NCBI GenBank assembly: GCA_040005235.1
Contig: JBDTZG010000003.1
Span: forward strand, 96,001-160,000
Source: Acidobacteriota bacterium
GTDB lineage: Bacteria; Acidobacteriota; Thermoanaerobaculia; Multivoradales; UBA5704
Direction: 5' to 3'
Length of the DNA stretch: 64,000 bases
The notes beneath the pieces are model-generated. The model saw only the letters and a program-made list of their open reading frames with translations, had not been told where the DNA came from and searched no databases. Numbering within the stretch: position 1 is the first letter of the stretch; each line of letters begins with the position of its first letter. Below, one piece after another: positions 29,061-38,804 of this stretch. The translations under genes were made by a program, and so were the position numbers.

Positions 29061-30800
29061 CTACTGGCCCGGGAACAGGCCGCCCAAGCCGCCCTTGAAG
29101 GCGCGGGCGACGTTCAGGTCGAAGGACACCGTGAAGTAGTAGGAGACGGCCGTGTCGAATTTGGTGATCAACGGGCTCGGGTCGTCCTTCTTGAACACCA
29201 GCGCGCCGCCGCCGAGCCGGATCATGTCGGTGATCCGCAGGCCCGCGCCGATCAGCATCGACTGGTTGCCGAACAGGTCTTGCCGCGTCGGACCGCCGCC
29301 GTTGTCGCCGTCGGCGATGCTCTGCACCGTGAGGCCGAGGGTGAAGGCGAAGCGCCGGCTGAACGTCTTGCGAAAGCCTCCCAACTGCCGCAGCGGCGCG
29401 TTCTTGTTGACCGGACGCAGATAGAGGTTGACTCCGATATAGGAGACCACGGAGTCCAGCTCGGGCGCCCCGACCAGGCCGGCGTCGGCGCTGACGTAAT
29501 AGTTCTGGAAGGTGTCGAAGCCGCCGGTTGAGGAGGCGTTGACGATCTGTGCCCCGACCGCCCGAAGCGCCACCTCCGAGGCGAGCAGGTCGAGCGCGCT
29601 CGCGCGGGCGGCGAGGCTCGCCTGAACGTTGGTGGCGATCGAGGCGAGCGTCGCGGCGAGAGCGCCCGCCCGGGCCGCCGGACCCTGGGGTCCCACGAGG
29701 AGCCGAAGCGCCGCTGCGTCCCCTTCGGGCAGCTCGACCCCGCCCGGCCCGGTCGCCCGGTCGACCAGCCCGGGAAAGCCTGCGATCGCCTGGGCGAGCG
29801 CGTCGTAACGCCCGGCGATCGCCCCGGCAACTCCCGGGTCGAACGTGGCGTCGAGCGTTTCGCCATCGGCCGTCGTCGGGTCGAGCCCTTGAGCGGCGCG
29901 GGCGGTTGCGTCGGACGACATCTCCATCGCGTCGAGCACGCCGAGGAAGGCGTTCGACAACGCCGCGAGGTTCGGATCGGACGGTGCGGCAAGCGCCGCC
30001 ACAAGCCGTCCGACCGCCGAGTCGCCGGCCAGCCCGCGCAACAATTGAGCGAGATCGAATTGCAAGGTGGCGTAGGTCTTGAGGAGCGCGTTGCGCCGCA
30101 GTTGCGGCTCCAGCACCTGGCGGACACGGCCGTTGAAGCGGTCGGCCAGATCGTCGTGGGGGGTGCGCGAGTCGAACAGGGTGCCGGGGGCGATCGCCTG
30201 GTCGGATTTCATCTGGACCAGCAGCGCGGCGAGCAGTTTCCGGCGCAGCGCTTCGCTCTGGTCGGCGGTCAAATCGCCCCTTTCGATCGACGCGAGCCCC
30301 TGGTCGAGCGCTTCGCGCGCGACCGGCCGGAAGGCGGCCGCCGCTTCCGGGGTGACCTCGGCTTCGCTGCGGAAACAGAAGGCGTAGAACCGTTGCGCTT
30401 CCAGACGCGGGATGACGGTGCGAAACGTCGTGCCGTCGATCCGCCCGTCGATCGGCGCGGCCGGCAGCCAGGCGATCGGCGCCCCATTCGGTCCGCGGCA
30501 GTCGTCGTCCACCTGGGGTGGATTCTTGCGGTCCGAGATGTACTGGAGCGTCAACCGCTTCGCGCCGGTCGGCAGGCTGCCGCAGAAGCGGATCGGCACG
30601 TCGAACGGCAACACCCCGTCGATCGTTCCGGCTTGGAGATTGACCGCCACCTCGGCGAAACCGGTGTCGGCCGATGGGGCGGCGCAGGGGTCCGTGTCGC
30701 CGGGTTGAGCACCCAAAACCCCAGGCAGAAACGCCAGGGCGCCGACGGCCACCCCCGAACAGACGGCCACCCGCCAGCGGCAAGCCCTCGACTTCTCCAT
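29061..30800 (-). CDS. hypothetical secreted protein with C-terminal amphipathic beta-strands
   Basis: Signal-like N-terminus, Cys-containing beta domain, helical middle, alternating strands at the C-terminus. Confidence 0.7.
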   Translation of the reverse strand: MEKSRACRWRVAVCSGVAVGALAFLPGVLGAQPGDTDPCAAPSADTGFAEVAVNLQAGTIDGVLPFDVPIRFCGSLPTGAKRLTLQYISDRKNPPQVDDDCRGPNGAPIAWLPAAPIDGRIDGTTFRTVIPRLEAQRFYAFCFRSEAEVTPEAAAAFRPVAREALDQGLASIERGDLTADQSEALRRKLLAALLVQMKSDQAIAPGTLFDSRTPHDDLADRFNGRVRQVLEPQLRRNALLKTYATLQFDLAQLLRGLAGDSAVGRLVAALAAPSDPNLAALSNAFLGVLDAMEMSSDATARAAQGLDPTTADGETLDATFDPGVAGAIAGRYDALAQAIAGFPGLVDRATGPGGVELPEGDAAALRLLVGPQGPAARAGALAATLASIATNVQASLAARASALDLLASEVALRAVGAQIVNASSTGGFDTFQNYYVSADAGLVGAPELDSVVSYIGVNLYLRPVNKNAPLRQLGGFRKTFSRRFAFTLGLTVQSIADGDNGGGPTRQDLFGNQSMLIGAGLRITDMIRLGGGALVFKKDDPSPLITKFDTAVSYYFTVSFDLNVARAFKGGLGGLFPGQ

Positions 30801-30832
30801 GCTCTTCCTCCCCGCGCCGGTCGCGATTCGAT

Positions 30833-31225
30833 CTAACGAATGCTACCAGCTCGCGCGGCGAGCGCGAAGAGGAGGAAGCCGGCGATCATCCCCAACCCGC
30901 CCAGCGGCGTGATCGCTCCCAGGATTCGCGGGCCGCCGAGCGCCAAGGCAAAGAGCGAAGCGGAGAAAACCGCGGTGCCGGCCAAGAGCGCGAGGACCGC
31001 CGCGCCGTAGAGCCGGCTTTGGCCCCCAGTCCGGATAAGGCCCAGCCCGATCAGGCCGAGTGAGCCGTACATGAGATAGCGCGCCGCCGTCTCCCAAAGC
31101 GAAAGGCCATGGGCGTCGAGCCTTCCGGCGAGGGCATGGGCGCCGAACGCCCCCGCTACCACCGCGAGGGCGGCGCCCACGGCGCCGGCCGAAACCCATG
31201 GGGCGGTCGATTCTTCTGTCGCCAT
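30833..31225 (-). CDS. DUF423/YgdD membrane protein
   Basis: GAFGAHAL, FSASL, LGAITPLGG. Confidence 0.9.
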   Translation of the reverse strand: MATEESTAPWVSAGAVGAALAVVAGAFGAHALAGRLDAHGLSLWETAARYLMYGSLGLIGLGLIRTGGQSRLYGAAVLALLAGTAVFSASLFALALGGPRILGAITPLGGLGMIAGFLLFALAARAGSIR

Positions 31226-31240
31226 TCGGATTCCGTCGGC

Positions 31241-31513
31241 CTATGCGATCTCGCCCAAAGGCCGAATCCCGGTCACCGCGTCGTTCGGGATCACGATCCG
31301 GTCGAATTTCTTCCAGATCCCGAAGCGCGCGGCGCTTTCGAGGTACTTCTCGCGCGGGGTTTCATCCCCTTCGCGATGAACGTCGGCGTCATTCAGGATC
31401 ACGCCGCGGTCGGTGACGTCGTCGCAGCGGCCCACGTACATCTCCGGGCCGCTCGTTTCGACCACCACGGTAATGCCGTGCAGATTGCTTTTGCCCTGAT
31501 GAAAAGTCCCCAT
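31241..31513 (-). CDS. hypothetical 90-aa protein (possible Sm-like fold)
   Basis: MGTFH..ITVVVET..YVGRC..VILNDAD; fits the operon spacing. Confidence 0.65.
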   Translation of the reverse strand: MGTFHQGKSNLHGITVVVETSGPEMYVGRCDDVTDRGVILNDADVHREGDETPREKYLESAARFGIWKKFDRIVIPNDAVTGIRPLGEIA

Positions 31514-31523
31514 CGAGCAGCCG

Positions 31524-31952
31524 TTACGCCGAAACGGCGCTGTGCTCCGCGAACGCGCTCGACAGATCGGCGGCCACCTGATCGGCGGAGCGCCCTTCGA
31601 TCCGATGCCGAGGAAGGAAATAGACCAGCTCGCCATCTTTGAAGATTGCGATCGACGGGCTGCTCGGCGGGATCTGCGGCATGTGGCCGCGGGCGCGCGC
31701 GGTCGCTTCGAGATCCTGGCCGGCGAACACGGTCGCCACCCGATCGGGCCGCGCGTCGCTCTCCAACGCCTGGCGAACGCCTGGGCGGGCCATTCCGGCG
31801 GCGCAACCGCAGACGGAGTTGACCACCAGCATTGCGGTGCCGGTCTTTTCGTTCATCCACTTGTCCACTTGGTCGGCGGTGAGCAGCTCCTCGACCCCGA
31901 TCGAGGTGAGCTCTTCGCGCATGGGCTTGACGAGCATTGGGCTGTAGGGCAC
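31524..31952 (-). CDS. BrxA/BrxB (YphP/YqiW) bacilliredoxin
   Basis: NSVCGCAAG..ARP, TVFAGQD..AT, PPSSPS..FKDG; RBS AGGAGG. Confidence 0.92.
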   Translation of the reverse strand: MPYSPMLVKPMREELTSIGVEELLTADQVDKWMNEKTGTAMLVVNSVCGCAAGMARPGVRQALESDARPDRVATVFAGQDLEATARARGHMPQIPPSSPSIAIFKDGELVYFLPRHRIEGRSADQVAADLSSAFAEHSAVSA

Positions 31953-32083
31953 GGGCAATGACCTCCTGCGATCCGCCGACGCAAGAAGGCGCGGCGGTTG
32001 GGATTCTCGGCTATTCTAACGCTCGATCGTCCCGGCGGATTCCGCCCCCTTCCCCACTCCTCCCGTTTTCCGGAGATCTACCG

Positions 32084-32854
32084 ATGCCCCGGCTGCCGTT
32101 TTTCCTCGCCCTTCCCACCCTCCTGATCTGCGGCATCGGCGAGGCGTGCGCTATCACCGCTCCTCTCGCTCCGGTCGGTCCCGTCCCCGTCGCGACGCCC
32201 GACGCGGGCGGAAAGGCGCTGCAAGTCGCGTTCTTGGTGGTCGATGGGGTCTATAACACCGAGTTGATGGCGCCCTATGACGTGTTCCAACACACGGTAT
32301 TCCACGCCAAGCCCGGGATGGCCCCGTTCACCGTCTCTCCCGACGGGAAACCGATCACGACCTTCGAGGGATTGGTCATCGATCCGAAATACAGCTTCGC
32401 CGACGCGCCGCCGATCGACGTTCTGGTCGTGCCGAGCGCGGAGGGGAGCATGACCAAAGACCTTGAAAACCGCGGGCTGATCGACTGGGTGAAAAAAACG
32501 GCAAAGAGCGCCCGGATCGTGATGTCGCTCTGCGACGGCGCTTTCGTGCTCGCCCAGGCCGGACTGCTCGACGGCCTGCCGGTCACCACCTTCCCAGGCG
32601 ACTACCAGAAGTTCGCGGCCAAGTTCCCTACGCTCGATTTGCGAGTCAACGTCAACTACGTCGATGCCGGTAAGGTGATCACCTCGCAAGGGGGTGCCCG
32701 CAGCTACACCGCCGCGATGCACCTTGTCGAGCGGCTCTTCGGTCTCCCCGCGGCCCAAGGCATCGGCCGCGGCCTACTGATCCCCTGGCCCCCCGGCAGC
32801 GAGAGCGAGCCGGCGGGGGTGGTGGAACCGGGGGCGCTGCCGGCGGGTCAATAA
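32084..32854 (+). CDS. DJ-1/PfpI-family protein (secreted)
   Basis: E..PYDVF, DVLVVP, SLCDGAFVLAQAGLLDG, ITSQG. Confidence 0.85.
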   Translation: MPRLPFFLALPTLLICGIGEACAITAPLAPVGPVPVATPDAGGKALQVAFLVVDGVYNTELMAPYDVFQHTVFHAKPGMAPFTVSPDGKPITTFEGLVIDPKYSFADAPPIDVLVVPSAEGSMTKDLENRGLIDWVKKTAKSARIVMSLCDGAFVLAQAGLLDGLPVTTFPGDYQKFAAKFPTLDLRVNVNYVDAGKVITSQGGARSYTAAMHLVERLFGLPAAQGIGRGLLIPWPPGSESEPAGVVEPGALPAGQ

Positions 32855-32902
32855 AGCGGGAAACTCGTGGCGCGAACCTAGCTCTCCAACCTCCCCTCGC
32901 TG

Positions 32903-33277
32903 CTAGCCGGTCGTGCCGATGAGCTCGTCGTCGTCGAAAAGCGCGCGCTGGCGGGAGGGTTTCATCCGATCGCCAGGAGACGCGTCCACGTCGAAGGTCA
33001 AGCCGGTCAAGTGACCAGAGGACTTGAACTTTGGCCGTTGCAGCACGGATGGAGACGGGTTTGCGGCGCCTGAATCGGCACCTTCTGGAGGGCCAGGCTC
33101 GCCGCGATCCGCGCCATGTTCGGCCTCCTCGAGGCGCTCCAACCCCCTGCTGGTCGAGGAAACCGACTCGCGGACGCGCGAATAGATCTCGACCGAATCG
33201 GCCATCGTCTTTTGCATCTTAACTACGCGACCACCGAGGAGTTCGCGTACCAACTGTGCTCTCTGTGGGGTACCCAT
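32903..33277 (-). CDS. hypothetical 124-aa protein downstream of the MBL-protease fusion
   Basis: Strong RBS GAGGAGG; co-oriented, 29 nt after the upstream stop. Confidence 0.65.
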   Translation of the reverse strand: MGTPQRAQLVRELLGGRVVKMQKTMADSVEIYSRVRESVSSTSRGLERLEEAEHGADRGEPGPPEGADSGAANPSPSVLQRPKFKSSGHLTGLTFDVDASPGDRMKPSRQRALFDDDELIGTTG

Positions 33278-33306
33278 AGTCAGCCTCCTCTGTGATTGTA
33301 CTCCCC

Positions 33307-35862
33307 TTACCAGCCAAGGCCTAAACAGGTGAACTGGTCCAGGATCTTGAGCTCTATCGCACGCGTGTCATGGTTGTCGGGCCCGAACGGAATGCCCTTG
33401 AGGTATAGGCGCTTGGCTTCGCAGAGCGCTAGAGCGGGTGCCTTGCCTCCAATGTAAAAACGCCAAAAGTATTCGTGCATCGGCCCGCCGAAGTACCCAT
33501 ACGGCGCTTTGAGGGGGGAATAGTGGACTCCGGTCGAACCCACGAACGCATTGGCGCCGGCCAGTAGAAGCGACAAAGGGATGGACGCCTCAGGAGTTCG
33601 AGGAGCAACCTCCTCGCCGGCACGCATGAAGCCCGCAGGAGACTTCACGACCAGGGCACCCCAGCAAGCGCCCGACAGAACCACCGCACCCGCCGCCTTT
33701 CTCACGCTTGAGGTAGTAATCGCTTCCACTTGGCCGCCGATGACTGCCCGGTCGCCCCAGAAAGCGCGACCATCCCAGTACGCACCATGAAGCATGAAGT
33801 AGAGAACGTCACGCTCCAATGAGTCGGCCGGGAGCTGGCGAGCCTCGTGAGGCTCAGACACATAGGCCGAGTCCGTCCCGGGGAGTAGCCGCTCGAAGAC
33901 TTCTCGCGCAAACGGACGCATACAGTTGAGGATACCGGTCCGAGCCTTCGGGGTCGCTGCGCGGTTCGCTCCAAGCGCCGCCCGCACCAAGTCCGCCGAT
34001 CGGCCGTCAGGAATCCTAGAGACCGGCCGGGCAAATCGATGATTGTCCTGGATACCATAGTCGTCGTCGCTCCAAACGACGAAGGAATCCTCGTCTTGCG
34101 CTGCGGAGGGAGAAATTAGGGCGCGGAGGTTGTCACCGATGGTGTCTCGGACGCAGCTGGGCACGACGTCATAGCCGCCGAGAAGGACAACGCCGTCGAA
34201 CTTCGCCGAGTTTTCCTGGACCGTGCCGACCGCGTCAAGAGTAGATACGCCCGCGTCGAGGTTTAGAAGCGCTGCGACCCGCTCCACGGCTGTAATGGCC
34301 TCCTTCGCCTCTGCCCTGCCGATGCTCTTGGCGAGCGCGGCGGGTTGAGTGACGAAGAGAAGTTTCGGCAGCGCGCGACCGCCAGCAACGAGCATACCCG
34401 TTAGGTCTGGGCGAGGCCCGGGGGGACGAGGCGGTGGCGGGTCGGGCGGGTCGGGCGGATTGGGTGAAACAGGCGCCTGTAGCGGGTCGCCTGGGGTAAT
34501 TTCAATCGTCACCGTGACCTTCGTCGCCCGGTGGGGAATCGAGATCTTGGCCTCGACAAACTCGGTCTCTGTCCGTTCAACCGTAACTCGCGGCGTGACC
34601 GCTGGGGCGACTTGGGTCACGGATATCGATGGGGCGACAACCGCAGCCTCGGGAAAGGTGTCCTGACCGTTGGGAGTGCTGTCATTGAACTGTCCACGAG
34701 TCTTCGACCAACTGACCGTGCCATCTGGGGCGACGTGGATACCGATCAACCCATTGCGATCCGTTCGCGTCCACTTAATGGCGCTGCGGTTGGCGTGGAG
34801 CAGGTCCAGCACGCCGGGATCCGGATGTCCGGCATCCTGCAGCCCACCGCTCATCGTGTAGTAGACGGTTTTTCTCATCTCGCCGAGCACACTCTCGTCG
34901 AAGCCGTTGTAGCTTGCGTGGTGGGAGAGTTTAACAAGCGAATACTCGCCTGCCAGTAGGCCCCGGAGTGTCCGCATTGCCGGGCCGAGGCCGGCTATCT
35001 CAGGCTTGGCGAACTGCATGTCACCTGCGAGCAGAGATCGCTGGCCGTCGCCGCCGATCGTCATTACAAGGCTCTGATTGTTGAGCGCGGCGCCCTTGCC
35101 GGGACTATCCGCACCCTCAAGACTGTCGGTCGAGACCGATACTGCGTCACGGTAGGCGCTAACAAGATCGTCCGTGTCTGCATTCGGGCGGCGACTCAGG
35201 GTGTCGCGGGCATTCGTCTGAAACGCGGCCAGAGCGCGCGCACAGATTATCAGGTGCTCTTTGGTGGGTCCAACGACGCGCAGACCCAGCGCACGGAAGG
35301 CGGCCTCGACGGGCTTGGCGTCCGAGGGCTGGGTGTATAGGTGGACCCGGGCCTTTTGGTCGATTAGGGCCTGGATCATCGCGCGATAGCGTTGATCCTG
35401 AGTGGCAGCGTCCGCGATGAACTCGCGAAGTGCTGCGTCCGAGAGACGCGAGCGATCCTCTTCGACCAGGGCGGCGATTAGGTTCCGCTCCGGAAGCACC
35501 ATGCCCCGTAGAGCGTCTCCTCCGCCGATTCTGCCTGTTCCGAGGTCAGGATCGGCGACCAAGGCCCAATCGGCCTTCAGATCCCCATCCTCGACCAGTT
35601 TTGGCAGGCAGCCAATGTGGTCCGCGTGGCAGTGGGTGACGACGAGAAGATCGACGTGAATAGGCTCGTCATTCGCGAGACCGAGAAGTGTGCGCAGCTG
35701 TGTAGGAAGGGCTGGGGTATCGGGGCTCCGCTGTTGCCAATCGGCCCGATGGCCTCCGTCGATCAGGATGATCTTGCCGGCACCTTGAACGAGAATTGAA
35801 TCCCCGTACATCTCAAGGCCCATGTCGAGTAGGTGAACGGAATAGGCAACCGGATCTGACAT
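33307..35862 (-). CDS. ComEC-like metallo-beta-lactamase fold fused to a peptidase C25/caspase-fold domain
   Basis: RBS AAGGAG. MBL motifs GDSIL, IDGG, THCHADHIG, NNQS, LAGD, KLSHHAS, GHP, RTD. Pro linker. Then VVLLGGYDVVP, SDDDY, VSRIP, YFMLHG, SGACWGA. Confidence 0.8.
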   Translation of the reverse strand: MSDPVAYSVHLLDMGLEMYGDSILVQGAGKIILIDGGHRADWQQRSPDTPALPTQLRTLLGLANDEPIHVDLLVVTHCHADHIGCLPKLVEDGDLKADWALVADPDLGTGRIGGGDALRGMVLPERNLIAALVEEDRSRLSDAALREFIADAATQDQRYRAMIQALIDQKARVHLYTQPSDAKPVEAAFRALGLRVVGPTKEHLIICARALAAFQTNARDTLSRRPNADTDDLVSAYRDAVSVSTDSLEGADSPGKGAALNNQSLVMTIGGDGQRSLLAGDMQFAKPEIAGLGPAMRTLRGLLAGEYSLVKLSHHASYNGFDESVLGEMRKTVYYTMSGGLQDAGHPDPGVLDLLHANRSAIKWTRTDRNGLIGIHVAPDGTVSWSKTRGQFNDSTPNGQDTFPEAAVVAPSISVTQVAPAVTPRVTVERTETEFVEAKISIPHRATKVTVTIEITPGDPLQAPVSPNPPDPPDPPPPRPPGPRPDLTGMLVAGGRALPKLLFVTQPAALAKSIGRAEAKEAITAVERVAALLNLDAGVSTLDAVGTVQENSAKFDGVVLLGGYDVVPSCVRDTIGDNLRALISPSAAQDEDSFVVWSDDDYGIQDNHRFARPVSRIPDGRSADLVRAALGANRAATPKARTGILNCMRPFAREVFERLLPGTDSAYVSEPHEARQLPADSLERDVLYFMLHGAYWDGRAFWGDRAVIGGQVEAITTSSVRKAAGAVVLSGACWGALVVKSPAGFMRAGEEVAPRTPEASIPLSLLLAGANAFVGSTGVHYSPLKAPYGYFGGPMHEYFWRFYIGGKAPALALCEAKRLYLKGIPFGPDNHDTRAIELKILDQFTCLGLGW

Positions 35863-35905
35863 AACTATCTCCTTTGGCGACAGATGCTTAGGGTAGTCGC
35901 CACAC

Positions 35906-36784
35906 CTATCGCGCCCCGGTGAGGAGCGGTTCGAGCGCCGCCAGGGCGGCCTTGGCGTCGAGCAGCTCGACACCGATACCGGCGAGGAGATTGGGGCCTC
36001 CCAGGCCGTCTCCGCTTTGCGGATCGATCCGGTGAACGACCCGAGCCCGGAGGCGGACTTGTCCAGCCAACGGCGCCGGCAGGTGCAGCTCGATCTCGAC
36101 CAGGTCGCCGATCCGTGCCGGCTGGACGGTCGAAACGAACAGTCCGCCCTGGCGCAGATCGCGCTCGTAGACCGACAAAAACTGTTCGATCGAGCTGAAG
36201 CGGACGGCGATCGGTACCTGGGCATGAGGAAAACCCAGAGCCGCCGGCCCCGAAGGTGCAGGCGCGCCCACGCGGACGATCGGCACCCGGTTCGAGGGGA
36301 ACGAACCAGGAGTGGGCGGACGCGGCGGCGGGACCGCGGGCACGGGAGCCGCCATCGGAGTCGCGGGGGACAGCTTCGGAGCAGCGGGCACCCGAGGCAG
36401 CACGGGCTGGGGCAGGGAGACGATCGGCGACTCGGCGGTGAGCCCGCCGCGATCGGCGCGGACCGCCTGGGGGAACAGCTCGCGGACGAGATCCTCGATC
36501 GGCAGGAAACGGACGCCCATCCCCGAGGGACCGAGAGCTGAGAGATCCAGGCTCACTTTATGCGCGTGCGCCACCTCGGCTTCGACGACGAACCCGGAGC
36601 GTGGATCCAGTACCTCGACGCGGATCCGCACGGCCTTGGGCAGCGGCTGGTGGGTCACCACGAACATGCCCGTGGTCGAAATGTTCGTGGTGTAGCCGGT
36701 GACCGACCGCTCCTCGCCCACGCGCCAGAAGCGCACCGGCAGGCGGCGGACGACCCGGTCGCTCTCGCGTCGATTGGATATCAT
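35906..36784 (-). CDS. tandem PilZ-domain protein
   Basis: RRESDR..NISTTGMFV..GMGVRF; second PilZ DLRQGGLFV..GIGVEL. Confidence 0.85.
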   Translation of the reverse strand: MISNRRESDRVVRRLPVRFWRVGEERSVTGYTTNISTTGMFVVTHQPLPKAVRIRVEVLDPRSGFVVEAEVAHAHKVSLDLSALGPSGMGVRFLPIEDLVRELFPQAVRADRGGLTAESPIVSLPQPVLPRVPAAPKLSPATPMAAPVPAVPPPRPPTPGSFPSNRVPIVRVGAPAPSGPAALGFPHAQVPIAVRFSSIEQFLSVYERDLRQGGLFVSTVQPARIGDLVEIELHLPAPLAGQVRLRARVVHRIDPQSGDGLGGPNLLAGIGVELLDAKAALAALEPLLTGAR

Positions 36785-36807
36785 TCCGGGAATTCTAACG
36801 GATTTGT

Positions 36808-37917
36808 TTACCGAACACCGGGCATCGGTTCCCACGAGCCCGGCGCGGCCCACGGTTTCGCGGCGGCGCGGACGATCAGGCGCTCCTCGTCGTGCCAGTG
36901 GCGGTCGAGCATGTAGATCCGCGGATCGACCGGGGCGAGCTCGCCGCGGGGGTCGCGTCGGCGGACCTCGAAATGCAGCTGCGGCGCGAGCGCCCAGCCG
37001 CTCTTGCCGACCGTGCCGAGCTGCGTTCCGCGGGCGACCCGAGCGCCCGTTCGGACGTCGATCCGTTCGAGGTGGCCATAGGCGGTCGCGAACCTATCGC
37101 CATGGCGAATCACCACCACCTGACCGAGGCGAAACCAGGACGGGCTCGAACCGATCGATGCCTGGCCGGCGAAAGCGACCACGCCGGCCGCCGCGGCGAC
37201 CACCGGGGCGCCGGCGGTCGCCGCGAGATCGACGCCGGGATTCGATTCGAGGTCCTTGGTGAACGGGTTGCGGTGGTTGCCGAACGGCGTCACCAGCACC
37301 AGGTCGTCGCCCGAGAGTGGGCAGCGCGACGGGATCTCCGCCACTTCGGCCGGATGAGCCACTTCATAGCGGCGAACCTCCGCGAGCCCCTTATCGAGCG
37401 CGGTCAGGTTTCGCACCACCACCGAGCGGATGTGCTCGCCTTCCGCGATCGCCCCGCCGTAGATCGAATCATCCTCGCCGGAGGCGGCATCGGCCGCCTC
37501 CATGTGCCGGGGCGGCAAGCCGTAGGCGAGCCGGAGCTTGGCGTGCTGAAGGCGTAGCCCCTTGGTCTGCTCGTCGAGCTCGGAAAGCTGGGCCACCATT
37601 CCCTTGAGCCGCGCCCCCTGGTGCGTCCGTTCGACCTCCAGGGTCTTGATCTCGGCGCCGCCGAGCGCGGCGGAAAGGACGTCCTTGGCGAGCGCCAGCC
37701 CCAGCGAGACGAGAAAGAGATAGCCAAGGACCAAGGAGCAGGCGACGGTGAGGGCGAAGCGGCCCAAGATCAGGTAGCGGACCTTCCGGCGCCCGTCGGC
37801 CGGGTGGATCTGCACCTCGACGAACCAGGGTCCGGTGGGAGGACCCGCCGCGGTACCGAGCGTCTGCGGCCGACCGGGGCGCGCGGGCCGGCTCGGCCCG
37901 GTCGACCTAGGACTCAA
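36808..37917 (-). CDS. M23-family peptidase (first His of HxxxD replaced)
   Basis: FGNHRNPFT, NPGVDLAA, YGHL, VGKSG, PQLHFEV, VDP; TTG start inferred from TTGA overlap. Confidence 0.8.
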   Translation of the reverse strand: MSPRSTGPSRPARPGRPQTLGTAAGPPTGPWFVEVQIHPADGRRKVRYLILGRFALTVACSLVLGYLFLVSLGLALAKDVLSAALGGAEIKTLEVERTHQGARLKGMVAQLSELDEQTKGLRLQHAKLRLAYGLPPRHMEAADAASGEDDSIYGGAIAEGEHIRSVVVRNLTALDKGLAEVRRYEVAHPAEVAEIPSRCPLSGDDLVLVTPFGNHRNPFTKDLESNPGVDLAATAGAPVVAAAAGVVAFAGQASIGSSPSWFRLGQVVVIRHGDRFATAYGHLERIDVRTGARVARGTQLGTVGKSGWALAPQLHFEVRRRDPRGELAPVDPRIYMLDRHWHDEERLIVRAAAKPWAAPGSWEPMPGVR

Positions 37918-38804
37918 GCCTTCCCCTGGACGGTTTCGCTTCCGCCATCCGCGCGTTGATCCGCCCGTTGATCTGCCCGTTGATCTGCCAGCAAGCGCTC
38001 GGCGATCCCCGCTTCGGTCGCGTGCCGGGCGATCTTCGCCAACAGCTCGGGCTGGACGCCGGAGCCGCCGGCCACCACGTTGCCCGAAACGAAGGAATCC
38101 TCCCCGCCGTCGACGTCGGTGACCACTCCCCCTGCTTCGCGCACAAGGAGAATGCCGGCGGCGATGTCCCAAGGCGAGAGCCGGAACTCGAAGAAACCGT
38201 CGTAGACCCCCGCCGCGGTGTAGGCGAGATCGAGCGCGGCGGCGCCGCAGCGGCGAATCGCCTTCACCTCCAGAAAGATGTCGCGGAACGCCTCCAGGTA
38301 GAGATCGAGCGTCGGGTGCGCCCGCCAGGGATAGCCGGTGGCCAGAAACGCGCCGCGTAGGCCCGGCCGGGCGGAAGATCTCATCGGCCGATCGTTCCAG
38401 GTAGCACCCTGACCCGCCGCCGCCGCGAACCGGTTGCCCCCTTCCGGATCGAGCACCACGCCGGCCAGCAGCTCGCCGGAGCGGCGCCGGCAAGCGATCG
38501 AGATGCAATACACCGGCAGCCCTTGAAGGAAGTTGGTCGTCCCGTCGAGCGGATCGATCACCCATTCGAATTCGCTCGCGCCCCCCGCGTCGATCCCGCG
38601 CTCCTCGGCGAGGACGTGATGATCGGGAAAACGCTCTCGCAGCAGCCCGACGATCGCCGCCTCGCTCTCGCCGTCGGCGCGGGTGACGAAATCGTTCTCG
38701 GCTTTCTTGCGCACCTCCAGGTCGGCGGTGCGGAAATAGCGGCGGAGCACGGTCGCTCCGGCCTCGGCCGCGGCGAGTGCGGCGGCGAGCAATTCAGTCG
38801 TCAT
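37914..38804 (-). CDS. suhB: inositol monophosphatase
   Basis: DFVT.AD, WVIDPLDGTTNF, GAAALDL, WDIAAG..REAGG. Confidence 0.9.
   Translation of the reverse strand: MTTELLAAALAAAEAGATVLRRYFRTADLEVRKKAENDFVTRADGESEAAIVGLLRERFPDHHVLAEERGIDAGGASEFEWVIDPLDGTTNFLQGLPVYCISIACRRRSGELLAGVVLDPEGGNRFAAAAGQGATWNDRPMRSSARPGLRGAFLATGYPWRAHPTLDLYLEAFRDIFLEVKAIRRCGAAALDLAYTAAGVYDGFFEFRLSPWDIAAGILLVREAGGVVTDVDGGEDSFVSGNVVAGGSGVQPELLAKIARHATEAGIAERLLADQRADQRADQRADGGSETVQGKA
37955..37990. repeat. 12-bp tandem repeat x3 in the suhB tail
   Basis: GTTGATCYGCCM x3, encoding QRAD repeats. Confidence 0.75.

Noticed and set aside
29020-30783. 706-aa ORF 28663-30783
   Set aside because: Arg/Pro-rich shadow frame over the 579-aa gene; only the last 118 aa look real.
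35863-36225. N-terminal extension of the 972-aa ORF
   Set aside because: Overlaps the PilZ gene in another frame; RBS and MBL start support ATG at 35862.
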